A DNA stretch of 64,000 nt from an uncultured bacterium (GTDB lineage: Bacteria; Cyanobacteriota; Vampirovibrionia; Obscuribacterales; Obscuribacteraceae): contig CAILLX010000133.1 of assembly GCA_903835185.1 (NCBI GenBank), forward strand, positions 6,174 through 70,173. The letters run 5' to 3'. Below the pieces are notes generated by a model. The model was not told the origin of the DNA and did not search any database. It saw only the letters and a program-made list of their open reading frames with translations. Positions 10,000-18,684 of the stretch are shown here, one piece after another (positions within the stretch are counted from its first letter, which is position 1; the number at the start of each line of letters is the position of its first letter). The position numbers and the translations under genes were made by a program.

Positions 10000-10718
10000 C
10001 ACTAGTTGTTGAGCATATTCAAAAAACATATAACGGCCGTCGGGTGGTCGATGACGTCAACTTTTTTGTTGAAAAAGGAGAAGTGGTAGGACTCCTGGGA
10101 CGCAACGGAGCAGGCAAGACCACCTCGTTCGACATGGTCCTTGGACTGGTCAAACCTGAGCGCGGGAAGATCACACTTGATGATATAGAACTGACTCAGC
10201 TTCCGATTCACGTACGTTGCCGGCACGGCATCGGTTATCTACCGCAGGAAGCCTCAATCTTTCGCAAGCTCTCTGTGATAGAGAACTTGCGCTTGATTCT
10301 GGAGCTGAAAGGTTTTGGACGTAAAGAGCAAACTACCAGAGCAATGTCGCTGCTAGAACAGTTTGGACTTGAACATCTCGAGAATTCGACAGCAGTATCA
10401 CTGTCTGGAGGTGAGCGCAGGCGTCTTGAGATTGCCCGGTCTCTGGCTTCAGAGCCAAGATTCATCCTTCTTGACGAACCGTTTACAGGTATTGACCCAA
10501 TCTCAATCAACGATATACAAGGGCTAATCCGGCGCTTGCGCGATGAGTGGGGGCTTGGTGTCCTGCTTACAGACCACAACCCACGAGCAACTCTGAAAAT
10601 TACAGACAGGGCCTACTTGATAGACCAAGGTAAGATCCTGGTGGCTGGCTCCTCACGCGAGGTAGCCGACAGTCCGGTTGCTAGGAAACAATACCTTGGT
10701 GAGGACTTCTCTTTATGA
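9996..10718 (+). CDS. lptB: LPS export ABC transporter ATP-binding protein
   Basis: Walker A GRNGAGKTTSF, signature LSGGERRRLEIAR, Walker B ILLDEPFTGIDP, H-loop TDHN. It lies between lptA-like and an LptF/G permease, with 4-nt overlaps on both sides. Confidence 0.88.
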   Translation: MTLVVEHIQKTYNGRRVVDDVNFFVEKGEVVGLLGRNGAGKTTSFDMVLGLVKPERGKITLDDIELTQLPIHVRCRHGIGYLPQEASIFRKLSVIENLRLILELKGFGRKEQTTRAMSLLEQFGLEHLENSTAVSLSGGERRRLEIARSLASEPRFILLDEPFTGIDPISINDIQGLIRRLRDEWGLGVLLTDHNPRATLKITDRAYLIDQGKILVAGSSREVADSPVARKQYLGEDFSL

Positions 10719-11815
10719 TCTTTGGCATTAAGCTGCTTGATCGTTATATAGCCAACGAGTTCTGGCAGCCGCTCCTGTTTGGAATAGGTATTGTCACAGG
10801 CGTCTGGTTTGGTGCTGATCAGCTGAAAACCATCTTTAACCTCATTATGCGATCAGGCGTTCCTCTCAACATGGCATTTATGATCCTGGGGCTGCATCTG
10901 CCCGAGATTATAGTCATGACTATTCCAATTGGAGTTTTGCTCGGGACTCTGCTTGTTTTCAACCGTTTGTCCGGAGATTCGGAAATTATCGCACTACGTA
11001 CAAGCGGCATCAGTTTTTATCGCATAATGGTGGCGCCGCTCGTATTTGGTTTAGCCACCAGCATAGCCAGTTTTGTTATCAATGAAACTGTTGTGCCTGT
11101 AGCTAATCACACATCAAAGAAGCTTGAGTTCCTAGCCCTTTACAAGAGCGAGCTGCCCTCCGGGCAGGCTAATTTTACTTATATGGAACGGGGCAAAGAC
11201 CTCTCTTTGAGCCGGATTTTTTATATCGGTTATTACAACGGCAAGAATATTTTCAACGTCATCATCTTAGACTTCACACGCAACAAGATGATGCAAATTA
11301 TCACAGCTAGTTCAGGTATGTGGAATCATGGTGAGTGGGCTCTTAATGACGGGCGCACTTATGCATTGTCGGGCAACAGCGACATTACACGCATTCTCAA
11401 ATTTGACAAGCTGGTCATTCCAGGGATAAAAAATGCTCAGGCAGCTCTTGACCAGGGCAAGGTATCACCTAAAGAGATGAATATGTTTGAGCTGTGGAGT
11501 TATATGGCTGTGCTCAAACGTGGCAATGCTCTCAACAACGACCTAATGGTACGTTTTTATCAGAAATTTTCACAACCGCTTGCCTGCTTGATTGTGGCAC
11601 TTGCAGGGGCTCCTCTGGGGCTTCTTGCCCGCCGCTCACGCACAAACATTGGACTTATCTACAGCGCTGTCATTGTGTTTATGTATTATGTCCTGCAGTC
11701 AAGCTCAGGCGCGCTTGGTGAAGCTGGACGGCTCACACCTTTCATGGCAGCCTGGATGCCTAATCTGGTAATAGGTTCTCTTGGTATGGTTATTCTTTAC
11801 TTCAAGGCCAAATAG
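10715..11815 (+). CDS. LptF/LptG-family LPS export permease
   Basis: 366 aa with an N-terminal LLDRYIANEF motif, six predicted TM segments and a central periplasmic beta-jellyroll-like insert, typical of the YjgP/YjgQ family. Confidence 0.85.
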   Translation: MIFGIKLLDRYIANEFWQPLLFGIGIVTGVWFGADQLKTIFNLIMRSGVPLNMAFMILGLHLPEIIVMTIPIGVLLGTLLVFNRLSGDSEIIALRTSGISFYRIMVAPLVFGLATSIASFVINETVVPVANHTSKKLEFLALYKSELPSGQANFTYMERGKDLSLSRIFYIGYYNGKNIFNVIILDFTRNKMMQIITASSGMWNHGEWALNDGRTYALSGNSDITRILKFDKLVIPGIKNAQAALDQGKVSPKEMNMFELWSYMAVLKRGNALNNDLMVRFYQKFSQPLACLIVALAGAPLGLLARRSRTNIGLIYSAVIVFMYYVLQSSSGALGEAGRLTPFMAAWMPNLVIGSLGMVILYFKAK

Positions 11816-11836
11816 TACACAGGCGGAGGGGCGCAG

Positions 11837-12424
11837 ATGCAGCACAACACAAGCTGGCATAAAGGCAGCCTAATTATCCTTGCCTGCCTGGCATCTATCT
11901 CAGCGGGTATATCAGCTTTGGCAGCAGATGATGATATTGCCATCAAGAAAGCGGCACCGGCACACCGTTGGGCTCTGACCAGCCCGGAACTTGTAGATAA
12001 GCAGAAGATGCCCACACAGTACACTGCAGATGGTGTCGATCTTTCACCACCTCTTACCTGGAGCGCACCACCGGCTGCTACTCAAACTCTCGTCATCATA
12101 TGCGACGATCCGGACGCTCCGGCTGGTACCTGGGTCCACTGGATCATTTACAACATAGCGGCTAGCTCCAGAAGTCTGTCAGCAGCAGTGCCTCCAGAGA
12201 CTGCTCTCTCCAGCGGCGCCATACAAGGGACCAACAGCTTTGGCAAAGTTGGTTATAACGGTCCTTCTCCGCCACCAGGGACGCCACACCACTACTTCTT
12301 CAAGCTTTACAGCCTCGACAGAAAGCTCAATCTTGCCCCGGGCGCCAAGAAGGCTGAACTGCTGAAAGCAATGCAAGATCATGTGCTGTCCGAAGCTAAG
12401 CTCATGGTCACCTACGGTAGATGA
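11837..12424 (+). CDS. YbhB/YbcL-family PEBP (Raf-kinase-inhibitor-like) protein, secreted
   Basis: Signal peptide plus CDDPDAPAGTWVHW and GYNGPSPPPGTPHHYFFKLYSLD motifs. Confidence 0.88.
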   Translation: MQHNTSWHKGSLIILACLASISAGISALAADDDIAIKKAAPAHRWALTSPELVDKQKMPTQYTADGVDLSPPLTWSAPPAATQTLVIICDDPDAPAGTWVHWIIYNIAASSRSLSAAVPPETALSSGAIQGTNSFGKVGYNGPSPPPGTPHHYFFKLYSLDRKLNLAPGAKKAELLKAMQDHVLSEAKLMVTYGR

Positions 12425-12585
12425 TGCTTAACCGTAGTTAAATATCATCTGCCTCCTGTCAGACTGTCACTTGCGAGAATCACGGCTACGAAGAACTGTC
12501 CCTCAGAACCTTTTACTGGGACATCTACGTATTGACCGGGACAGCTGGCACAGTTAGCCTTGGCTCATACGTTTAACTCTGACAA

Positions 12586-13968
12586 TTGCAGGCAGATGTG
12601 AGCATCGGCACCCCAAAAACAACGAAGCGCCAACCAGGCATATCGTTACGCCTGTGGATCATCACTTTTGCTGTCCTTATGCTGGCAGCATTACCTGTCC
12701 TGCCTATTCAGTTTCACGGACTACCTCTTTCGCTAGGGACTCTCTTTGACAAACCGCCTGCTGTAAAAGTCCAAACTACAGCAGAGAAAATACCACCACA
12801 CAAATTAGAAACACCACCTGTCAAAGGTGATAACGCTGCTTGCCAGGTGCAGCTGCTTGAAAGCGCCAGCCAGGATCTCCTGGCGCAGATCTCACAGTCT
12901 CCAGTCGATCCGGCGTTGCAAAACCGTCTTGGTCTTGTTTTTCTCGGATTGGGCGAGGCTGACAAAGCTCAGGATCATTTTGAGCGTGCTGTTGAGCTAG
13001 CCCGGAGCGCTCTGTCAGGGCTCAGTGAGCGCGGGCAGAACCTGCAAAGCCAGGGCAATATGACAGAAGCCTCTGCCTGCCTTGTTGAAACTTCACGTTT
13101 AGCAGTGGAGCTATCTGCAGCTCACAGCAATCTGGCACGCCTTTATGAAAAGGCAGGGCAGCATGACAAGGTCCTCAAAGAGCTGGACATGCTCAATAGA
13201 GAAGGTGTAATTGCCACTCCGGTGGAGAAGACCCGACCAGGAGCAGTCCAAGCACACACTCATGAGCTGACTCCTGTAGTTGCCCGCCTCCTGGCTAAAG
13301 CAGAAGCGCTCATGCAGTCACAACAGCTTAATGCAGCTATCCAGGAGTTTAAGAACATCATCTCAATGGATCCAGATCTGGCGTCTGCACATAGCCAGCT
13401 GGGGGTCTTGAACGCTCTTGTAAACAATAAGCAAGGAGCTGTAGAGGAGCTGGAAAAGGCAATCAAGCTAAAACCTGATGATGCAGTCAGCCAGAACAAC
13501 CTTGGTTTAACCCTGGAGGAGATGGGCAAAGGTAAGCAAGCTAAGGAGCAGTTTGAAAAAGCAATTGCCAGCAACCCTCGCCTTGTTGATGCTGCCATCA
13601 ATCTGGGCAATCTCCTGGCCAATTCTGAAAGTTACGATGCAGCACGAAAGGTGTTGCAGCAGGCTGTTGTAACCAATCCAAAATCTGCTGTAGCACACAA
13701 CAATCTTGGAGGAGTGCTGGCATTTAACGGTGACACAACGCAGGCAATTACAGAGTTTAGCCGCGCCATCACTCTTGAGCCTAATCTGGCGTCAGCTCAT
13801 TACGGGCTCGGGGTAGCATTAATCAAGACTCACAGCTACAAAGACGCAGTTCAGGAGTTGAAACAAGCTCTGTTATTAGACCCCAAATTGTCTGGTGCTC
13901 GTGAGAAGATTGAACAGGCTCTACGCAAAGCAGGGACAGCTGCTTGCGCAACCAAGATCACCACATAG
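12586..13968 (+). CDS. TPR-repeat protein with N-terminal membrane anchor
   Basis: TM segment LWIITFAVLMLAALPVL, then about 8 TPR units (for example AHSQLGVLNALVNNKQGAVEELEKAIKLKPDD, AHNNLGGVLAFNGDTTQAITEFSRAITLEPN). Confidence 0.6.
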   Translation: MQADVSIGTPKTTKRQPGISLRLWIITFAVLMLAALPVLPIQFHGLPLSLGTLFDKPPAVKVQTTAEKIPPHKLETPPVKGDNAACQVQLLESASQDLLAQISQSPVDPALQNRLGLVFLGLGEADKAQDHFERAVELARSALSGLSERGQNLQSQGNMTEASACLVETSRLAVELSAAHSNLARLYEKAGQHDKVLKELDMLNREGVIATPVEKTRPGAVQAHTHELTPVVARLLAKAEALMQSQQLNAAIQEFKNIISMDPDLASAHSQLGVLNALVNNKQGAVEELEKAIKLKPDDAVSQNNLGLTLEEMGKGKQAKEQFEKAIASNPRLVDAAINLGNLLANSESYDAARKVLQQAVVTNPKSAVAHNNLGGVLAFNGDTTQAITEFSRAITLEPNLASAHYGLGVALIKTHSYKDAVQELKQALLLDPKLSGAREKIEQALRKAGTAACATKITT

Positions 13969-13981
13969 TTCTCTGCTTCGC

Positions 13982-14635
13982 ATGATTAAGACAGTTATCC
14001 TCATTGGAGCTCCAGGTTGTGGCAAGACCTCTTGCGGACAGGCACTTGCAGATAAGCTGGGCTGGTCTTTTATCGATACAGATCAACTTATTGAAAAAGC
14101 CTCCGGGCTGAGCATAGCGGATATCTTCGCCTCTGCCGGCGAAAGTTATTTCCGTCAGCTGGAACGCGAACTGCTAGAGAACCTGTCCCAGCAATCAGCA
14201 ACCGGCCGGCTGAAGAATCATGTCATCGGCTGTGGCGGGGGCTTGCCTGTGGCAGCCAGCAATTTTGAGCTGCTCAGCAGGCTAGGTGAAATTGTCTGTC
14301 TGACAGCGCCCTTAAGCAAACTTGTCGAGAGGTTGAGCCGCCAGGGCGGCCGTCCCTTGCTGGGCAACAGATCTGCCGCCAGCAGCAATGCCAGCTGCAG
14401 CAATGCCGACAGCGACATGCCTGCACACAGGACAGCAAACAAGCCTGTAGACACGCATCCTCAAGGGAATTCTGCCGACAACTGTGACAGTGAACAGCTC
14501 AGAACCCGGTTGGCGGAGCTTTTGAGTTTAAGAGAAGCTCATTACAGGCGAGCACGGCATATTATAGACACAAGCGGATTAAATGAGCAGGAAGTAGCAG
14601 TTCAAATAGTCAAGCTGCTCAATATCTCCGCCTAA
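13982..14635 (+). CDS. aroK: shikimate kinase with a low-complexity insert after the RPLL lid motif
   Basis: MIKTVILIGAPGCGKTSCG (P-loop), DTDQLIE, GCGGG, GGRPLL. Start moved from 13895 to ATG 13982 to remove the overlap with the upstream TPR gene. Confidence 0.8.
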   Translation: MIKTVILIGAPGCGKTSCGQALADKLGWSFIDTDQLIEKASGLSIADIFASAGESYFRQLERELLENLSQQSATGRLKNHVIGCGGGLPVAASNFELLSRLGEIVCLTAPLSKLVERLSRQGGRPLLGNRSAASSNASCSNADSDMPAHRTANKPVDTHPQGNSADNCDSEQLRTRLAELLSLREAHYRRARHIIDTSGLNEQEVAVQIVKLLNISA

Positions 14636-14720
14636 CCGGTCCGTGCATTGCTAAAATGGCCCTGGTTCAATTTCTTGTCAAGGGAAAACTGGCTCTTGCC
14701 AGGCAGTGAGGAGGCAGACT

Positions 14721-15326
14721 GTGTCGGTTTCGCAGGAAGAGCTAATGTACATTCAGTCACAGCTGGAGGGACTGGAATCCATTTTCCTCGAGCTGATGCC
14801 TCTTGGTGTAGAGTTAAAGCGCCAGCAGGTGCAAGATTATTACGATAAACGTTTCGACCAGGCAACAAAGCCAACTGCTGCTGTAGCTGAGAGTGAGCTC
14901 AGGCGGCAGTTCAACACAAAGGCCAATCAGGTACGCAACCTTGTTGATAGTGCCGAATCTTTAGGCGATGCCGGCAACAAACTGAACCTCATTCGTGCTG
15001 CCGCTACGCTACCTGAGAATCGCAGCAAACCGTTGCAAGGATCTGTCAGTCAATTTTGCCGGAAACTGCTTTATGAAAGCTCTGTAGACAGCCAGCTTCT
15101 ATCTGACATTATGACAGCTACTGAACTGGGCACCACAGAGAGCCGTGTCTTGCTCGGCTCAGCATCATATATCATTGCTGAAAGCCTGGACTGCGCAGGT
15201 GAGCAGATGCTTCTCAAAGATCTGCTCGCACAGATAATATCGCGCATTACCACCACAGCAGCGCTTTCACGCAACGATCCATTCCTTGTCGAAGCGCAAT
15301 GCGCATTAGAAGCGCTCAAAGAGTAA
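14721..15326 (+). CDS. hypothetical protein (helical), between aroK and aroQ
   Basis: Open frame with a GAGGAGG Shine-Dalgarno at 14709-14715 followed by GTG 14721. No recognisable motifs. Confidence 0.4.
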   Translation: MSVSQEELMYIQSQLEGLESIFLELMPLGVELKRQQVQDYYDKRFDQATKPTAAVAESELRRQFNTKANQVRNLVDSAESLGDAGNKLNLIRAAATLPENRSKPLQGSVSQFCRKLLYESSVDSQLLSDIMTATELGTTESRVLLGSASYIIAESLDCAGEQMLLKDLLAQIISRITTTAALSRNDPFLVEAQCALEALKE

Positions 15327-15370
15327 GAATTGCCCAGAGCACTCCGGCCTGGCATTATGGAGAGTACATT

Positions 15371-15832
15371 TTGAAGATTCTCGTCCTCCATGGACCCAAC
15401 CTCAATCTGCTGGGTAGCCGCGAGACAGACATCTATGGCACCACTACCTTAGCCGACATTGATCAAGGTTTGGTCAAGCTTGGCAGTCAACTGGGATTAA
15501 CTGTTGAATGCACCCAGCACAACTCTGAAGCTGACTTACTGAAGGAGATCCAGAGGGCACCAGCAGCTGGCTTTGCTGGCATTCTCATCAATCCGGCAGC
15601 TTACGGGCATACATCTATAGCTTTGCGTGATGCCCTCCTGTCTGTCCAGCTCCCATTTGTCGAAGTGCACCTCTCTAATATTTTTGCTCGTGAACCATTC
15701 CGCCAGCACACTTATCTCTCCGATATATCGTCAGGCGTTGTAGTTGGTTTTGGACCACAGAGCTATTTTCTTGGACTGCGCGGGCTGGCGGAACGGCTGG
15801 GACAACCAGGTCAGGATTGTTTGCATCTGTGA
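15371..15832 (+). CDS. aroQ: type II 3-dehydroquinate dehydratase
   Basis: KILVLHGPNLNLLGSRETDIYG, INPAAYGHTSIALRDA, VEVHLSNI motifs. Likely TTG start at 15371, preceded by GGAGAG. Confidence 0.9.
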   Translation: MKILVLHGPNLNLLGSRETDIYGTTTLADIDQGLVKLGSQLGLTVECTQHNSEADLLKEIQRAPAAGFAGILINPAAYGHTSIALRDALLSVQLPFVEVHLSNIFAREPFRQHTYLSDISSGVVVGFGPQSYFLGLRGLAERLGQPGQDCLHL

Positions 15833-15906
15833 ACGCCGGATTATGCAAAGTAAAGTTGGTAAACGAGCTTGCGGAGTATGTTCCATTGCTAATTCACTTA
15901 GCATAA

Positions 15907-16101
15907 TCAGAGTGTTGCCAGAAAACTCATCACCTTGTCGCCCACTTTAAAACGAGGGATTTCCAAACCGGCTGGAGCGAGCTTGCTAAGCGCTCATTCT
16001 TTGGTTGCCAGGTCCGCTTCAAGATAGACATGAGTTGCTTTAATGCTTTCGTGTCCACGCCAGAGGGAGAGAAAGAAATTGTGCCGTTTGTGATCGAACC
16101 A
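15907..16101 (-). pseudogene. 3'-terminal remnant of a tyrosine recombinase/integrase with an in-frame stop
   Basis: The minus-strand frame reads WFDHKRHNFFLSLWRGHESIKATHVYLEADLATKE*ALSKLAPAGLEIPRFKVGDKVMSFLATL*. The LGHES-I-x-TT-x-Y-L-x-ADL-x-x-KE-R-AL C-terminal signature, including the catalytic Tyr, is recognisable. TGA replaces the expected Arg codon, and the spacing between the RH box and the GHES box is too short, indicating an internal deletion. Confidence 0.65.
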
Positions 16102-16413
16102 TCAGCAGGCTTTCTGGTGCTTATTATCTTTTATGGCTGCAGTTGACTTCGTCTTTTCGTTTGGCTTATCCCCAGCACTGTTGCTATGTTCACTTGTGTG
16201 CTTTGGTCGGACATAGACTTCACGATGGGCATTGGAAGCACTGTTCCCAGTCTGAGCCACAGCATTCGGTCTTTGAGGTCTATCGAAACCACTCATGCCA
16301 TTGATACCCCCGTGAAGTATAGAATGCCAGATAGTCCAAGCTAAATATACCCACCATTTAGCGTGTTTCTCAGAAAAAGTTTCACAAAATACAGTCAGTT
16401 GGCAAGCGAACAC
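16102..16413 (-). CDS. hypothetical 103-aa ORF, in-frame upstream of the integrase remnant (may be non-coding)
   Basis: Only an open frame. There is no motif, and the C-terminal half is low-complexity and basic. Confidence 0.2.
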   Translation of the reverse strand: MFACQLTVFCETFSEKHAKWWVYLAWTIWHSILHGGINGMSGFDRPQRPNAVAQTGNSASNAHREVYVRPKHTSEHSNSAGDKPNEKTKSTAAIKDNKHQKAC

Positions 16414-16416
16414 CCG

Positions 16417-16442
16417 TATTTATCGACTATCATCGATAAATA
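16417..16442. promoter_or_regulatory. perfect 10-bp inverted repeat TATTTATCGA-n6-TCGATAAATA
   Basis: Read directly from the sequence. It lies 4 nt upstream (minus-strand sense) of the 16102-16413 ORF start, between that ORF and the Fic operator array. Confidence 0.5.
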
Positions 16443-16586
16443 TGAAACCAATAGTTTCCCGTCCTCATTTATCGCCGCCCGAATCGGAGCCTGTCGCACC
16501 GGGTCGCTTGCCAAGTGCGAAGTCCTTTGAGTTGTAGCAGGTGGGTTTCAAGCAGATACTGTCTTGGCAAAGGCGTTCTCAGCGAA

Positions 16587-16718
16587 TAATTGCGCGATGA
16601 GCAAATTGGTTGCGCGAAAACTAAAATAATTGCGCGCAGCTTGTGATAATTGCGCGCAAAGGGACAAAAACAGCTTACAATTGGGAGTAATTGCGCGCAA
16701 ACGCTAAATAATTGCGCG
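16587..16718 (+). promoter_or_regulatory. array of six phased copies of ATAATTGCGCG(CAA), a palindromic core, upstream of the wHTH-Fic gene
   Basis: TGCGCG cores start at 16591, 16611 (degenerate copy), 16631, 16651, 16692 and 16713, giving spacings of 20, 20, 20, 41 and 21 bp. Copies 3-5 contain the perfect palindrome TTGCGCGCAA. The last copy abuts the AAAGGAG RBS of ATG 16731. Confidence 0.7.
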
Positions 16719-16730
16719 AAAGGAGCGTGC

Positions 16731-18104
16731 ATGACGAAGCCGATACCAGCAGAAGGGTTCAACATCATCAAGGATGTCTTAAAAGCACACCCGAATGGCA
16801 TAACGCTCACTTCTATTGCCGCAGCCTTACGCGTAAAGGTTTCGCGGCGAACACTGCAATATCGTCTGCGCCACCTTGTCGACAAAGGAAGGGCTGTTGC
16901 CGAGGGCAAAGGACGTGCAGTGAAGTATCGCTCGGCGGACTCAACAACCGCCCTTGCTATAGCGCCGGCAGAAGCTGAGTTGCTGCCGTTGTCAGAACAG
17001 GCAAAAGAAATTCGCCAGCTTGTTTCACAGCCGCTAACCAAACGGAAGATCGTCGGCTATAACAGAGACTTTCTTGATTCATACCGACCCAATGCAACTG
17101 CATATCTAACTGTTGCTGAGCGTACACGCTTACATGACACAGGTACTGTTCCATTCGCCAACCAACCTGCGGGTACATACGCGCGCAAAATCTTTGACCG
17201 CTTGCTTATCGATCTTTCTTGGAACTCAAGTCGTCTGGAAGGAAACACCTATACGAAGCTGGACACTAAACGCCTTATCGAGTTTGGCAAAGAAGCGGAA
17301 GGCAAAGATCGCATAGAGACGCAGATGATCCTTAATCACAAAGATTCAATTGAATTTCTTGTGAGTGCAGCTGACGAAATCGACTTCAACAGATACACTC
17401 TTCTGAACTTGCATGCCTTGCTTGCAAACAACTTATTGTCGAATCCCAAAGCTGAAGGCAGACTTCGCTTTATCGAAGTGGGCATCGAGCAATCTGCTTT
17501 TCAGCCTCTTGCCATTCCACAGCTTATTGAAGAATACTTCGAACAGATCTTGAACACCGCACAAGCAATCACAGACCCGTTTGAACAATCGTTTTTTGTC
17601 ATGGTACAGCTGCCATATCTGCAACCTTTTGATGATGGGAACAAACGCGTTTCGCGGCTTGCTGCAAACATCCCACTAATCAAGGCGAATCTCATTCCGC
17701 TTACCTTCTTAGATGTGTCAAAGGATTTGTACACTCAAGCCATCCTGGGAGTATATGAATTCAACCGCATAGAGCTACTCAAGGATATCTATCTGTGGGC
17801 TTATCAGCGTTCAGCAGAGCGCTATGCCGCCGTTCGACAATCACTTGGTGAACCTGATCCATTCAGACTCAAACACAGAGAAGCGCTCCGTCAGGTTGTT
17901 GGGACAGTTATACGCAGCCAATACACCCGGGAAGAAACATTGAAGTATCTGGAGGTATGGAGCGCTGAAAATCTGCCGGCAGACGAACGTGAGAAATTTA
18001 TTGAGGAGTCCGAAGACGAGCTTCTTGCGTTGCATGAAGGCAATTTTGCCCGTTATAAAGTTCGTCCTTCTGAATTCGATGCATGGCGAAAAGTTTGGGA
18101 CTAG
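16731..18104 (+). CDS. Fic-family protein with N-terminal winged-HTH and a degenerate active-site motif
   Basis: wHTH-like N-terminus (ITLTSIAAALRVKVSRRTLQYRLRHLVDKGR), inhibitory-helix-like SSRLEGN, and Fic core LQPFDDGNKRVSR (Gln where the catalytic His is expected, GNKR instead of GNGR). The ATG at 16731 has a good RBS; the track start at 16650 lies inside the operator array. Confidence 0.8.
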   Translation: MTKPIPAEGFNIIKDVLKAHPNGITLTSIAAALRVKVSRRTLQYRLRHLVDKGRAVAEGKGRAVKYRSADSTTALAIAPAEAELLPLSEQAKEIRQLVSQPLTKRKIVGYNRDFLDSYRPNATAYLTVAERTRLHDTGTVPFANQPAGTYARKIFDRLLIDLSWNSSRLEGNTYTKLDTKRLIEFGKEAEGKDRIETQMILNHKDSIEFLVSAADEIDFNRYTLLNLHALLANNLLSNPKAEGRLRFIEVGIEQSAFQPLAIPQLIEEYFEQILNTAQAITDPFEQSFFVMVQLPYLQPFDDGNKRVSRLAANIPLIKANLIPLTFLDVSKDLYTQAILGVYEFNRIELLKDIYLWAYQRSAERYAAVRQSLGEPDPFRLKHREALRQVVGTVIRSQYTREETLKYLEVWSAENLPADEREKFIEESEDELLALHEGNFARYKVRPSEFDAWRKVWD

Positions 18105-18111
18105 TCGAAGC

Positions 18112-18393
18112 TGTATCCAGTCAGCCCTGGGCCGCCCAAGAGTCGATACGCTCAAGGACAGCAAATTACCCAATCTCAAAAAACTGCGTTTTTTCTACAA
18201 AGGAGCTCCAATCAGGATCCTATTTGCTTTCGATCCAAAGCAGCAAGGAGTAATCATTGTGGGAGGAGACAAAACAGGGGATAATCTAGTAGCAACATTC
18301 CCGAACTCAAAACCTGTGAAGATTTCCCATATTGGCGATCTTAACGAAACCGGCACAGACGAGGGCGGAGATGGGAAATTGGCGCAAGGCTAG
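18112..18393 (+). pseudogene. remnant of a RelE/ParE-superfamily (Gp49-like) toxin gene
   Basis: LGRPRVDTLKDSKLPNLKKLRFFYKGAPIRILFAFDPKQQGVIIVGGDKTGD matches the central block of this toxin family. About 40 N-terminal residues are missing because the frame runs into the Fic gene with no plausible start. The C-terminus diverges, and no antitoxin gene follows. Confidence 0.55.
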
Positions 18394-18684
18394 GACACTT
18401 ATCGGGCTGCGTTTCATCTTGAGACCTCAGCCTTTTCCCGCAAATGTGGAAGGATTGATCTGAATTTTTGTTTTTACGCATTTATTCTCCTCAGGAATCT
18501 AACCGGCCATAGAACCGTTGTCTTCGGCCAGCGCTGTCAGGGTTTTATTTCTCGCGAGGCAATGCGCAATTGTCGTTCATCACAAGAGACCAAAATAGGC
18601 AATTCGTATTTTCACCCATGACACCCTGAACTGGAGCAGCCATAATTCTTGAGGGCGCGATCTGTAGGGCAATACGAAATAAAA

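Noticed and set aside
16469-17041. 190-aa minus-strand ORF overlapping the operator array and the 5' end of the Fic gene
   Set aside because: It is antisense to a well-supported CDS and spans the non-coding repeat array, with no motif or RBS.
17989-18111. 5' part of the 134-aa ORF 17989-18393 overlapping the end of the Fic gene
   Set aside because: Only the segment from about 18127 resembles the RelE/ParE-like family. The upstream part is an out-of-frame overlap with Fic, so the ORF is treated as a truncated remnant and not an intact gene.
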